Shown in pieces: positions 1 through 9,943 of a DNA stretch of 64,000 nt. The position numbers were made by a program, and so were the translations under genes. Position 1 is the first letter of the stretch. Each line of letters opens with the position of its first letter. Where the stretch lies: positions 1-64,000 of the forward strand of contig CAVQGX010000033.1 in assembly GCA_963712115.1 (NCBI GenBank), read 5' to 3'. This DNA comes from an uncultured delta proteobacterium (lineage in GTDB: Bacteria; Desulfobacterota; Syntrophobacteria; BM002). The notes beneath the pieces were generated by a model that did no database searches, was not told the origin of the DNA, and was given only the letters and a program-made list of their open reading frames with translations.

Positions 1-84
1 TGCCGAAGGGGAGACTCGAACTCCCACGGGGAAACCCCCACTAGACCCTGAACCTAGCGCGTCTACCAGTTCCGCCACTTCGGC
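1..84 (-). tRNA. tRNA-Leu(CAG)
   Basis: Reverse complement GCCGAAGTGGCGGAACTGGTAGACGCGCTAGGTTCAGGGTCTAG...GGGAGTTCGAGTCTCCCCTTCGGCA forms a cloverleaf with long variable arm and anticodon CAG. The 3' end is at the window edge. Confidence 0.95.
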
Positions 85-119
85 ACGAAGAAAATTGGTA
101 TTGCTTGTTGAAAAAAGTT

Positions 120-148
120 AATGTATTCTTACAGCCTTTCTTTGTCAA
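120..148 (-). promoter_or_regulatory. sigma70-type promoter for tRNA-Leu
   Basis: TTGACA-17 nt-TACATT on the minus strand upstream of the tRNA. Confidence 0.6.
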
Positions 149-207
149 GCGGGAAAAGCAAGGTCTTTTTCTGAGACTGCCAGGAGTTGGAGGTTCCTTT
201 TTTTTCC

Positions 208-1161
208 ATGGAAGTGATAGATGGCATAGACAAAATTAAGAGAAAGTTTCGCAACCCGGTAATTACCATTGGCAACTTCGATGGTGTCCATATTGGACAC
301 CTGAGCCTCTTTCGGCGGGTCAAGGACTTAGCTAAAACTCTGGGGGGTGAATCAATCATAATCACCTTCTATCCCCATCCCATCAAGGTGCTCTCCCCTT
401 CCAATGGCCCACCCCTCATCACCACCCATGAACAGAAAGTTCAACTCATAGAGACCGCCGGCATCGATGTTTTCGTAGTCATCGAGTTTACCCCTGAATT
501 CGCCACCATGACCGCCAATGACTTTGTCCAGGAAATAATCCACGCTAAGATTGGTGCTCGAGCAGTTGTCGTAGGACCTGACTACCGTTTCGGCCACAAA
601 AGAGAGGGAGACATCCCGGCCCTCACCCGAATGGGCGAAGAGTTGAACTTTGAGGTTCACGTGGTGCCTGATATCACTTTAAACGGAGTAGAGGTGAGTT
701 CCAGCACTATCCGTGAATTCGTGACACTGGGAGACCTGAAAAGGGCCCGCGAAATGCTTGGTCGTGACTACCAGGTTGCGGGACGAGTCATCCAAGGACG
801 TGACCGGGGTGGACGTCTCCTAGGCTTTCCCACCGCCAACCTGCAACTCATCGATGAACTCACTCCCAAGCCGGGTGTTTACGCCACAGAAGTTGTGATT
901 GAGGGTCAATTATATGATGGCGCCACCAACATAGGTTACAGTCCCACCTTCGAGAACGGAGCCTTCTCGGTAGAGACCCACATTTTGGACTTTAGCGAGG
1001 ATATTTATGGAAAGATCATCCAGGTGCGTTTCATCGAAAGGCTCCGGGATGAGCAAACCTTTTCAGGCCCAGAGGAGCTTTCTCAGCAGATCCAAAAAGA
1101 CGTGAAGCGTGCCCGGGAAATACTTGCCAAAAAACGTAGTGAGTACACAAGCCAATCCTAG
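208..1161 (+). CDS. ribF: bifunctional riboflavin kinase / FAD synthetase
   Basis: TIGNFDGVHIGH, VSSSTIR, GFPTAN and VETHILDF motifs. The ATG at 208 is preferred over the TTG at 187. Confidence 0.95.
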   Translation: MEVIDGIDKIKRKFRNPVITIGNFDGVHIGHLSLFRRVKDLAKTLGGESIIITFYPHPIKVLSPSNGPPLITTHEQKVQLIETAGIDVFVVIEFTPEFATMTANDFVQEIIHAKIGARAVVVGPDYRFGHKREGDIPALTRMGEELNFEVHVVPDITLNGVEVSSSTIREFVTLGDLKRAREMLGRDYQVAGRVIQGRDRGGRLLGFPTANLQLIDELTPKPGVYATEVVIEGQLYDGATNIGYSPTFENGAFSVETHILDFSEDIYGKIIQVRFIERLRDEQTFSGPEELSQQIQKDVKRAREILAKKRSEYTSQS

Positions 1162-1214
1162 TGCATAAAGTCTTACTTCCCTTCCACGCCCTTGCCGCCC
1201 ACCACCTCCAGGTC

Positions 1215-1350
1215 AAATCCGAATATCTAAATCCGAAATTCTAAACAAATCCAAAATTCAAATATCCAATTCTCCAAACGAGAGTGTTTCGAATTTTGTG
1301 CTTTGAACATTCGAATTTGTTTCGGATTTCCTGCTTGGGATTTTGGATTT
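1215..1350. repeat. imperfect palindromic intergenic repeat, family C (AAATCCG / CGGATTT heptamer arms)
   Basis: aaatccgaatatctaaatccgaaa... mirrored by ...tttcggatttcc...ggattt. Related copies at 4822-4982, 33094-33310, 46854-46980 and 48021-48182. Confidence 0.7.
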
Positions 1351-3078
1351 ATAGGTCGCTTGTTGGATTTTTTGCTCTTCACAGCCTAGTGGAGACACAA
1401 AGTTAGAATTAGCTAATCGGCAGTTCACTTGCTTGCGACCTAGCTCCTCCGGCACCAGGGGCAACCTTTTCTCCATGGCCTCAACCAGAGAGGTCAGGTT
1501 GTCTCCATTGAGGGCGGACACTCCAATCGCGCCATTCCGCTTGCACATATTCTGCAAATAGCCCTGATCCTGCACCAAGTCCACCTTATTGAAGATCCGA
1601 AGCATTGGAATGAGGTGTAGGTCCAGCTCTTCCAGTATCTCTTCCACCGCCTTCATTTGCTCCTCGAACATAGGATTACTTATATCAATCACGTGGAGCA
1701 ATAGATCAGCATGGCGGAGTTCTTCCAAAGTTGCGCCAAAGGCCTCTTTCAAGTCACTCGGCAGGTCGCGAATGAACCCGACTGTATCAGTTATTATAGC
1801 TTCCTGATCGCGGGGGAAGCGTAGTCTACGGCTTGCAGGGTCAAGAGTGGCGAAAAGTCGATCCTCCACCTGCTCCCGACTGTGGGTAAGAGTATTTAGC
1901 AGCGTTGACTTTCCCGCGTTTGTGTAGCCAACTATGGAAATGATGGGAAGGCCCGCACTTAGCCGCAACCCTCGTCTCTGGCCCCTTTGTTTACTGATTT
2001 GTTTCAGCTGCTTTTCTAGCCTGCCTATGCGATCTCGAACCCTCCGCCTGTTGACTTCCAGTTTGGTCTCCCCGGGCCCCCTACCGCCGATCCCCCCGGT
2101 AAGCCTCGACAAAGCGTCATCCTTTAGCACCAGTCGCGGCAACATATACTTTAACTGCGCCATCTCTACCTGAATTTTACCCTCTCGGCTCTTAGCCCTT
2201 TGAGCGAATATGTCCAAGATAAGCTGGGTCCGGTCAATAACCCGCAGCTCAGTGAAGTCGGTAATGGAACGCACTTGCGATGGGTTAAGGTCCTGGTCGA
2301 AGATCAGGAGATCAACTCCCAGTTGCAGGGCTCGGAGCACAAGCTCACTGAGTTTACCCCGTCCTAATAGGTACTTCGGGTTTGTCTTTTGCTGCCGCTG
2401 GATGATTCTCTCGGCAACGGCTATACCCGATGAATAGGCCAACTCGGCCAGCTCTTCCATGGAGGCCTCGGCCTCAGTCTTAGGAGCGCTAGTCACGCTG
2501 ACCAGTATAGCCCGATCCTGGGTGCCTTGCACCTCGAGCAAAACCTGCTTTCCCGCAAATTCACCTTCTAAGGACTGGACCAACTGAAGGAAGTCCAGCT
2601 GCGGATCATGGGCTGGAAGAGGATCCATTACAAGCCACCCTTTACCATTGACGTTTTCAGGCAGCAAGTGGGCACCGAGGAGGCGACGGGCGCCGCCATG
2701 TTCGTCTACCTCCAGGACCGCCATTAAATCCAACCTCAAGAAAACCAGGTCCATTAGATCGTCTTCAGTGACAGGTTCTCCATTTAGATGGGTATGGACG
2801 CAGCGCAGGCCGCGAAGGCGATTGCGGTGACCACGAGTAGGAGAAAGCTCCGGGATGAGTATTGAGCGATGATCCCCAACAATTACCCGTTCAATGTCGC
2901 CGCTACGACTGATGAGCAGGCCCAGTTGTCGATTGGCTTCGAATGAAAGCCTGGCCAGGGTGCGTGATAGTTCAGGGGTGATAATTCCTTGGGGGGGCAG
3001 ACGTCGCCGGTACAACTTCTGCAAACGCTTTATGTAAGGCGCGTTCAGGCCGGCAGTGTGACCATATACTTTTCGGAT
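1258..3078 (-). CDS. hflX: GTPase HflX, long form with N-terminal extension
   Basis: GYTNAGKSTL, LFATLD, DTVGF, NKVD and GGRGPGET motifs. The frame stays open upstream of the TTG at 3024 to an ATC at 3078 preceded by GGAGG. Confidence 0.92.
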   Translation of the reverse strand: MRKVYGHTAGLNAPYIKRLQKLYRRRLPPQGIITPELSRTLARLSFEANRQLGLLISRSGDIERVIVGDHRSILIPELSPTRGHRNRLRGLRCVHTHLNGEPVTEDDLMDLVFLRLDLMAVLEVDEHGGARRLLGAHLLPENVNGKGWLVMDPLPAHDPQLDFLQLVQSLEGEFAGKQVLLEVQGTQDRAILVSVTSAPKTEAEASMEELAELAYSSGIAVAERIIQRQQKTNPKYLLGRGKLSELVLRALQLGVDLLIFDQDLNPSQVRSITDFTELRVIDRTQLILDIFAQRAKSREGKIQVEMAQLKYMLPRLVLKDDALSRLTGGIGGRGPGETKLEVNRRRVRDRIGRLEKQLKQISKQRGQRRGLRLSAGLPIISIVGYTNAGKSTLLNTLTHSREQVEDRLFATLDPASRRLRFPRDQEAIITDTVGFIRDLPSDLKEAFGATLEELRHADLLLHVIDISNPMFEEQMKAVEEILEELDLHLIPMLRIFNKVDLVQDQGYLQNMCKRNGAIGVSALNGDNLTSLVEAMEKRLPLVPEELGRKQVNCRLANSNFVSPLGCEEQKIQQATYKSKIPSRKSETNSNVQSTKFETLSFGELDI

Positions 3079-3113
3079 GGATCAACCTCCCAGTTTTTAT
3101 ACCACACTATTAA

Positions 3114-3142
3114 ATTTTAATCCGCCAAGCAGAATTTTGCAA
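3114..3142 (-). promoter_or_regulatory. sigma70-type promoter for hflX
   Basis: TTGCAA-17 nt-TAAAAT on the minus strand. Confidence 0.5.
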
Positions 3143-3292
3143 CAGAGGTAATTTTATGCTCACAGCTCAAAGGAGTTCGTCGATTAGTTGATTCGTTTTC
3201 GTAAGCGGTCAGCAGTAAGCGGTCAGCGGTAAATGCTATGAATAGTTCAAGTCTTTCAAACCGTTTAAGTCGATGAAACCGTTCAATTCGCA

Positions 3293-3420
3293 AGACTCAC
3301 TTGCGATTTGAAGGCTCCTACCTATTACAACGAATGACAGCGAAGCGTAATGACCGAATGACGGCGAAGCCAAAATGACGTGAAGCTCGATCAGAGCGAA
3401 GCAGTGGTGCCTAGTGCTTA
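3293..3420 (+). repeat. dispersed intergenic repeat family B, copy 1
   Basis: 128 bp; differs at 2 positions from the reverse complement of 18473-18600. Confidence 0.9.
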
Positions 3421-3453
3421 CTGCTTAGTGCCTAGTTCGCATAGCGCAATGCG

Positions 3454-4779
3454 CTATGCGTTACGACGATCTTCAACCCGGACCGCCTTCCCCTGAGAGC
3501 GGGGTAAAGTGTTGGGCTGAACCAGTTCTACTTTAGGGGTGATGAGAAGTTCATTGCGAAGCTCGCGAGTGATTTTTTGCTCAACTCCCTTGAGGTAGCG
3601 CATATCCTCCTCGAAAATCTCGGACCTCACCTCTACTTGTATGCGCATGGTGTCCATTCCGTCAGCCCTTTCCAGGATTATCAAGTAGTTCTGCCCAACT
3701 TCAGAAATCTCCATCAGAGTTTGTTCCACCTGAATCGGGAAGATATTAACCCCTTTGATAATGAGCATGTCGTCAGTCCGACCCATGATTCGAGCTAAGC
3801 GGCTGTGAGTTCGGCCGCATGGGCATGGCCCCGGGAGAATACGGGCAAGATCGCTTGTGCGGTAACGGATAATCGGCATGGCCTCACGCTTTAGTGTGGT
3901 TAAAACCAACTCCCCTTCTTGCCCTGTCTCCACCGGCTCCAGCGTCGCGGGATCGACAATTTCCACCAAGAATGCATCTTCCCAAATATGCATTCCCATC
4001 TTTTCCGGACACTCGAAAGCAACCCCCGGTCCATTCATCTCCGAAAGGCCGTAGGAATTGTAAGCCTCTACCCCAAAATAGCGCTCCACCCGCTGCCTAA
4101 CCTCTTCCGAATGGGGCTCTGCTCCGAGAAAAGCGATCCGTAATTTCAAATCCACAGAGGGATCAACCCCCAACTCTTCCATCACTTGCATGAGCCGCAT
4201 GGCATAGCTGGGAATCAGGTGAATGACGGTGGTGCCGAATTGCTGCATGAGGAGGATTTGTCGCTTGGTGTTACCCGTACCGGATGGAATGGTTAGAGCT
4301 CCCAGACGCTCGCCTCCATAGTGAAATCCGAGCCCTCCGGTGAAAAGACCGTAACCGGTAAGGTTCTGGAAGACGTCATCCTGTCGCACTCCTGTCATGT
4401 ACATACACCTGCTGACCAGATCAGCCCAGTTTTCAATGTCTTTCTGGTTGTGAAAAACAACTGTAGCCTGGCCTGTGGTACCAGATGACGAATGGAGCCT
4501 GACCACTTCTTTGAGATCCACCGAGAGCAGACCGTAAGGAAATTGACTCCGCAGGTCCTCTTTGGTAGTGAAGGGGAGCTGGCGGATATCTTCAAGGTGT
4601 CGAATTTTTCCAGGTTCTATCCCTCCGTCCGCAAAGATCTTGCTGTAGTGAGGAGATTTACCCGCCCGCTGCACGGTCCATTGCAAGCGCTCCAATTGGA
4701 ACTCGGCGAGGGTTTCTCTGGGCATAGTCTCCCATTCTTGATTCCAGTACACTACCATCACATCCCTCAGCGAGAGCAC
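3454..4779 (-). CDS. paaK: phenylacetate-CoA ligase family protein
   Basis: LPFTTKEDLR, HSSSGTTG, YGLSEM, RYRTSD, GRTDDM and KAVRV motifs. The true start may be a few codons downstream. Confidence 0.88.
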   Translation of the reverse strand: MLSLRDVMVVYWNQEWETMPRETLAEFQLERLQWTVQRAGKSPHYSKIFADGGIEPGKIRHLEDIRQLPFTTKEDLRSQFPYGLLSVDLKEVVRLHSSSGTTGQATVVFHNQKDIENWADLVSRCMYMTGVRQDDVFQNLTGYGLFTGGLGFHYGGERLGALTIPSGTGNTKRQILLMQQFGTTVIHLIPSYAMRLMQVMEELGVDPSVDLKLRIAFLGAEPHSEEVRQRVERYFGVEAYNSYGLSEMNGPGVAFECPEKMGMHIWEDAFLVEIVDPATLEPVETGQEGELVLTTLKREAMPIIRYRTSDLARILPGPCPCGRTHSRLARIMGRTDDMLIIKGVNIFPIQVEQTLMEISEVGQNYLIILERADGMDTMRIQVEVRSEIFEEDMRYLKGVEQKITRELRNELLITPKVELVQPNTLPRSQGKAVRVEDRRNA

Positions 4780-4821
4780 AAATCAGGTACTCTCTTGGTT
4801 TTCGTTAACTAAGCCTAATAG

Positions 4822-4982
4822 AAATCCGAAATCCCAAGCACGAAATCCGAAACAAATTGCGGAATCCCAATTTTCAAATTTGCAAAACAGAACAGCCTAG
4901 CACGAGAAAGGTCTTGTTTTGATCATTGATATTTGGAAATTGGAACATTGATTTCGGATTTAGAAATTCGGATTTCGGATTT
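4822..4982. repeat. family C imperfect palindrome
   Basis: aaatccgaaatcccaagcacgaaatccgaaac ... gatttcggatttagaaattcggatttcggattt. Confidence 0.7.
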
Positions 4983-5056
4983 AACTAAGTTAGAGAATTG
5001 GATCTCCGACTCGAAATCTGCCACTTGAGAAATTACTGACAGCACGCCGGGAGTTT

Positions 5057-6403
5057 CTACCCCGTTTCCTCAAATGCCAAATTATCAAAACGGGTGTATT
5101 GGGTAAGAAAAGTGAGTTTGGCCCTCCCCGTTGGCCCATTGCGCTGCTTGCCGATGATTATCTCGGCCCGGCCTTGGTCAGGGCTATCCGGGTGGTAAAC
5201 TTCATCGCGGTAGATAAAGGCGATCACATCAGCATCCTGCTCTATGGCGCCGGACTCTCGCAGATCAGCAAGTTGGGGCCGTTTGTCGTGCCGTTCCTCC
5301 ACCCTTCGGTTAAGCTGAGAAAGAGCCACTACCGGCACGTCAAGCTCCTTGGCAAGGGCCTTGAGTGATCCAGATATTTCGGATATCTCTTGCTCACGCC
5401 GCTCGCTACCCGGAGATCCCCGCATTAACTGCAAGTAGTCCACAATTATGAGTCCTAGATTCTGATCCCGCTTCAGACGACGGGACTTGGCCCTGAGCTC
5501 CATTGCGGAAATTGCCGGAGTGTCGTCTATGAATAATGGTGCCTCGCTTATCGTGCCAGCCGCCCGGGTGAGACGTGGCCAGTCTCGTTCGCTTAGAAAT
5601 CCACTACGCATTTTCTGAGAATCCACCCGGGCTTCCGAGCAAAGCATTCGCATACCCAGCTGCGCCTTGTTCATCTCCAGAGAAAAAATACCCACCGGCG
5701 TGTCCGCCTCAACCGCAGCATGGCGGGCTATATTGAGGGCAAGGGCTGTCTTCCCCATGCTTGGGCGGCCGGCGATTATTATCAGGTCAGATGATTGAAA
5801 GCCAGAGGTGAGCCGGTCCAGTTCGGTAAAGCCGGTGGGAACACCGGTTATCATCTCCCTCCGATCATAGAGCGTCTCAAGAGTCTTGATGCTTTGCTTG
5901 ATTATCTCTTTGATGGGAAAAAATGAGGGGTTGATGCGGTCTTCGCTGACTTGAAATATGGCCTGCTCAGCCCGGTCAAGGAGATTCTCTGCCGTCAAAC
6001 TGCTGTCAAAACCGCTTGCCACAATCTCGGTTGCCCGACTGATCAAGGTGCGGATCATGGACTTCTCTTTGACGATCCGGGCATATTGGCCGGCATTGGC
6101 CGAGGAAGGAACTCTGTCAACCAGTGAGGCTAAATAACTGGCACCTCCCACCTCTTCCAGTTTTTTTTGGGACCTCAGAAGGTCGCTGAGGGTAACGAGG
6201 TCGCAGGGCTCGTTCCTTTCAAACAGCTCCATCACAGCAGCAAAGATGGTGCGGTGAGCAGCCCGGTAAAACTCCCCACCCCTAAGGATCTCCAAGACGT
6301 TGGATAAGACTTCATTGTCGAGAAGAATGCCGCCGATAACCGACTGCTCAGCCTCGATGTTGTGAGGAGGAACCCTCGTGGGTTGGCCGCCCTGCTCGTT
6401 CAT
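5057..6403 (-). CDS. dnaB: replicative DNA helicase
   Basis: PPHNIEAEQSVIG, GRPSMGKT, VDYLQL, LSQLNR and LRESGAIEQDAD motifs. Confidence 0.98.
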   Translation of the reverse strand: MNEQGGQPTRVPPHNIEAEQSVIGGILLDNEVLSNVLEILRGGEFYRAAHRTIFAAVMELFERNEPCDLVTLSDLLRSQKKLEEVGGASYLASLVDRVPSSANAGQYARIVKEKSMIRTLISRATEIVASGFDSSLTAENLLDRAEQAIFQVSEDRINPSFFPIKEIIKQSIKTLETLYDRREMITGVPTGFTELDRLTSGFQSSDLIIIAGRPSMGKTALALNIARHAAVEADTPVGIFSLEMNKAQLGMRMLCSEARVDSQKMRSGFLSERDWPRLTRAAGTISEAPLFIDDTPAISAMELRAKSRRLKRDQNLGLIIVDYLQLMRGSPGSERREQEISEISGSLKALAKELDVPVVALSQLNRRVEERHDKRPQLADLRESGAIEQDADVIAFIYRDEVYHPDSPDQGRAEIIIGKQRNGPTGRAKLTFLTQYTRFDNLAFEETG

Positions 6404-6557
6404 GGTCTTCCCTGGTCCTGCAAGACCAAATCTTTTTGATGTTTCTAGAGGTCCATGCTCTTAGGTGGAAGTGGTGTCGCAGGAAACTGGAGTAATGGAG
6501 CGCTGAGGATTGCTGATTCTAGAATGACCTAGAGTAACATCTTACCGTCTTGCCCGT

Positions 6558-7004
6558 CTAATCTTCCTTGACAACCTGAACAGTGAGCTCGGCTGTCACA
6601 TCATGATACACCTTGATGGAAACCTTGAATTCGCCCAAGCTCTTTATGGGTTCATCTAGCTTGATCAATTTACGTTCAATCTCCACACCCGCTTCTTCCA
6701 GAGCCTGAGAAATATCACTTACTGAAACAGAACCGTATAGCTTATCCTCTTCCACAACCTTACGGGTGAGGGTGAGGGTCAATCCGCTGATTTTCCCGGC
6801 CAATCCCTCAGCTTCCTTGCGAGCCAAGTCTGCCTTACGCTGGATCAACATACGCTCGTGCTCTAAGGCCTTCATATTCTTGCTAGAAGCCTGTATAGCT
6901 TTTCCCTGAGGGATGAGGTAGTTGCGACCATAGCCACGGGCCACCTGGACCGTCTGCCCCATCCTTCCGAGCTTGGGAATGTCTTCTTTTAGTATGACTT
7001 TCAT
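6558..7004 (-). CDS. rplI: 50S ribosomal protein L9
   Basis: MKVILKEDI...GYGRNYLIP and KLYGSV motifs. Confidence 0.97.
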   Translation of the reverse strand: MKVILKEDIPKLGRMGQTVQVARGYGRNYLIPQGKAIQASSKNMKALEHERMLIQRKADLARKEAEGLAGKISGLTLTLTRKVVEEDKLYGSVSVSDISQALEEAGVEIERKLIKLDEPIKSLGEFKVSIKVYHDVTAELTVQVVKED

Positions 7005-7231
7005 TCAAAAAACCTCCGTTCCAGCATGAACAGAATTTTTCGCCCCCCGGGAAACCCACTGTCCGACAATGCAGCGCCATCTGAACGGTAGATTTCAACT
7101 CTAAGCGACCATTGAAAAAATCTTGGACTGATTATAATCCACTATAGGACAAAATGAGCGCGACTATGTGATTTACCGAAAGCGGAACACAATCTAGCTA
7201 CAGGAATTTAACGGAATCTGAAATTACTCAA

Positions 7232-7480
7232 CTAGTGCGGCTGAATTGTCGTGTAGGGCATCAGGGCAATGTGCCGGGCTCTCTTAATGGCCATGGTTAT
7301 CTCTCTTTGGTGCCTGGCACAGTTGCCGGAGATACGCCTGGGAATGATCTTCCCTCGCTCGGTAATAAAGTATTTCAGTAACTTAGGATCCTTATAATCA
7401 ATCTTCACATTTGAATCAGCGCAGAACCGACAAACCTTCCGCCGGGGAAATGATCTTCGTCTTCTTCTGTAAGTCACCAT
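7232..7480 (-). CDS. rpsR: 30S ribosomal protein S18
   Basis: CRFC...IDYKD...[12 protein letters not shown]...AIKRAR. Confidence 0.97.
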   Translation of the reverse strand: MVTYRRRRRSFPRRKVCRFCADSNVKIDYKDPKLLKYFITERGKIIPRRISGNCARHQREITMAIKRARHIALMPYTTIQPH

Positions 7481-7494
7481 CTACTCCTTCCTGC

Positions 7495-7914
7495 CTACTC
7501 CTCTTCAGTTTCCTCTTCTTCACTTTCTTGGGCTTCGGGAGATTGAGCTTCTTCTTCAGCGACCTCGGTCTTATCCGCTTCTTTTTTAGGCTTGGGTTTT
7601 TCTGCCTCCACGGTCGCGGGATCAACCTGGTCTGCCAACTTAACCGTTAGGTACTTAAGTACCCGATCGTCCAGTCTCATGTTCCGTTCAAGCTCGGCAA
7701 CAACGTCGGCGTGCCCCAGATAATCCATCAAAACATAATAGCCTTTGTTTTGTTTCTTTATGTTATAGGCCAAGCTTTTTTTACCTTGCTCGTCATAAGC
7801 GGCAATCTTGCCGTTCATCCCGGTGATCACACCTCTAAATTTATCAGCCACTGCTTGGAGCTCTTCTTCGGAACTATCAGGGGTGACGATGAAAACTGTC
7901 TCGTAACGTCTCAT
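7495..7914 (-). CDS. rpsF: 30S ribosomal protein S6
   Basis: MRRYETVFI...LAYNIKK...GYY with acidic tail; first gene of the rpsF-rpsR operon. Confidence 0.96.
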   Translation of the reverse strand: MRRYETVFIVTPDSSEEELQAVADKFRGVITGMNGKIAAYDEQGKKSLAYNIKKQNKGYYVLMDYLGHADVVAELERNMRLDDRVLKYLTVKLADQVDPATVEAEKPKPKKEADKTEVAEEEAQSPEAQESEEEETEEE

Positions 7915-7970
7915 GCCTGGCTCCTTTCGGGTTTATCAGCCCCGGCCTACGAACCGGAGCAAGGAGTTAT
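7915..7970 (-). promoter_or_regulatory. S6:S18 ribosomal protein leader RNA (autogenous regulation)
   Basis: ACTCCTTGCTCCGG-loop-CCGGGGC...ACCCGAAAGGAG directly upstream of rpsF. CTCCTT can pair with the SD, and the CCG bulge is typical of this leader. Confidence 0.7.
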
Positions 7971-8212
7971 GAGGTAAACTGTATGGACTTTTTGTAGATA
8001 AGCCGAGAATAGCTATCACATGACCATTAAATAGTCAAGCATTAAATTAGCAAGAGGCACAAGGCGTCAGGCTCAAGGCAAAGGGCATGGAGCATAGCGT
8101 TTTGTTGATTAGTTAATTCGTTAAAAGCGTTAAAACCGTTGAAGTCGTTCAAGACTCAGTTGGATTCGAAGGTCTCACTGTTCAGGTTTGACAGGCTTCA
8201 GCTATTTGACGT

Positions 8213-8276
8213 AATGACGGCGAAGCCAAAATGACGTGAAGCTCGATCAGAGCGAAGCAGTGGTGCCCAGTGCTTA
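8213..8276 (+). repeat. family B repeat, partial copy
   Basis: aatgacggcgaagccaaaatgacgtgaagctcgatcagagcgaagcagtggtgcc is nearly identical to the 3' half of 3293-3420. Confidence 0.85.
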
Positions 8277-8289
8277 GTGCCTAGTTTCC

Positions 8290-8946
8290 TCAAATCAGCC
8301 GCTGGGCTCCAGAAAAGCCAAAATAGATGCCAAATCCCAACAGAGCCAGGGCACAACAGGCGATCACCCCCTTGTAGATCCTGTCGCTCATGAACCTACG
8401 TCCATGAGCGACAGTAAAAGAGACTGCCGCATACCAGGCCAAATCGGCAAGGATATGTCCTGCAAAAAAAGCTACCACTCCCAACAGACCCAACTTGAAA
8501 GAATAGAGAATATAGCCAAGGCCTATGGTAGCCCACCATATGATCCAATAGGGATTGGCAAGACTCATGAGTATTCCGGCCCACACCGGATTAGTGGATT
8601 TGTTGTCTTTGGACATCCCCTCCAGGCTCAAAGACGGCAGACTACGAATCATTCCAACTGCCATCCAAATTAGAACCACAGCCCCCACCAAACCGACACT
8701 GCCAATGAGGTGGTCGTTTTTAAGCATAGGTGCAAGTCCAAGCAAAAGAAGCAACACCAAGACAAGTTCTAAAATACCATGGCCCAGGACAATTAGTGGT
8801 CCGGCGAGAAAACCTCGTCTTGAGCTCTCACTCAAGGTGATGGTCAAGAGAGGTCCAGGCATTAAGGCCCCGGAGAGGGCTATGACAAAAGAGGTGGCGA
8901 ATATGGTGATCAAAATCCACACGGTCTTGCTCCAGCCTTGTATCAC
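8290..8946 (-). CDS. LysE family translocator
   Basis: SGALMPGPL and NPYWIIWW motifs; about six hydrophobic helices. Confidence 0.88.
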   Translation of the reverse strand: MIQGWSKTVWILITIFATSFVIALSGALMPGPLLTITLSESSRRGFLAGPLIVLGHGILELVLVLLLLLGLAPMLKNDHLIGSVGLVGAVVLIWMAVGMIRSLPSLSLEGMSKDNKSTNPVWAGILMSLANPYWIIWWATIGLGYILYSFKLGLLGVVAFFAGHILADLAWYAAVSFTVAHGRRFMSDRIYKGVIACCALALLGFGIYFGFSGAQRLI

Positions 8947-9158
8947 TAAGCACTAGGCACCAAGGCGCTGAGAAGTCAGAGGTCGGAGATCGGAGATCAG
9001 AGCACAGAAGATAGATGATTTTGAATTTTTAATTTCGAATTTCGAAATTTGAACCCTATGCTCCATGCCCCATGCTCTATGCCCTATGCCCTATGCCTTT
9101 TCAAATCCGCAATCCGAAATCCGAAATCCCAAATTGCAGAAGTGCCTAGTTCCTCTGC

Positions 9159-9494
9159 CTATCGAAGACTTCTACGATCTTCTTCGCTTATGGAAGTAAA
9201 ACGAATTCCTGTTCCAAAAAGACCGTTTTTAAGTTCCTCTGTGTGAACGACCTCACCCTTGGCAGTGATGATCTTGTCCTCAATGGCTATGTCCATTTCC
9301 AGCTCTGTCCCATTGGCCAATTGCCTGTGAGTTTCCACCTTGACACCTCCCTCGCTCACATCGAGAGTCCTACCAATGGAGACAATGTATTCTTGCCTAT
9401 CAGCCTTTCTTGGCGTGTAAGATGTTAGATTTAGGGAACGAATGCGCCGACTGGTTCTCTTCTCCCTCACATTTTCCAGTTGGTGTTCACTCAT
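9159..9494 (-). CDS. PilZ domain protein (putative c-di-GMP receptor)
   Basis: RxxxR (RTSRR) and DxSxxG (DVSEGG) motifs, GIRF end, SD GGAG. Confidence 0.85.
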   Translation of the reverse strand: MSEHQLENVREKRTSRRIRSLNLTSYTPRKADRQEYIVSIGRTLDVSEGGVKVETHRQLANGTELEMDIAIEDKIITAKGEVVHTEELKNGLFGTGIRFTSISEEDRRSLR

Positions 9495-9712
9495 AGAGGC
9501 TCCTCCCTAACCCGCTGAATTCGCCTAACCCTTGGCTTGGTGTGCGGGCGGTTGAATCTTTGTTCTTTTCTCTTATACAGGCTCGCAAAAGACGGTGCAA
9601 ATGCTTTTTTTTCTCATTTCCCCTGCCCTATTGCGAATACAACCCTATGAGCAGCTCAAATCCACCGTCTAATTTAGTTATCAGGACTGAAATCAGCGGC
9701 TTATGGAGTATT

Positions 9713-9878
9713 CCTGATCACCAGCAAGGTATTAGATGTAAGGCGCCGAGGAGTGACGACTGAGGCTTATGGGGCAATACGCCGCAAGGAGGAGCGATCG
9801 AAGGCAACGCCGCCCTTCGACTTTGCTCAGGGCCGTGAGCCTGTCGAACGGCAGATGATGCCCTGCTGGTGGATCAGG
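9713..9878. repeat. terminal-inverted-repeat element related to family A, with a nested REP-like unit
   Basis: Ends CCTGATCACCAGCA / TGCTGGTGGATCAGG. Core gaggcttat..atacgccgcaagg. Nested cccttcgactttgctcagg...gtcgaacgg. Confidence 0.6.
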
Positions 9879-9943
9879 GGCAGTTGGGCCGGTTGCCTAT
9901 GGTAGATGTTTCATGCTATCGTATTTTTCGCGAGGCTTTCAAC

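Noticed and set aside
3293-3450. CRISPR-like appearance of the AATGAC/CGAAGC and heptamer repeats
   Set aside because: No constant 25-40 nt repeats with unique spacers, and no cas genes.
7005-7231. Missing membrane-protein gene between rpsR and rplI
   Set aside because: No recognisable remnant; absence of this gene is common.
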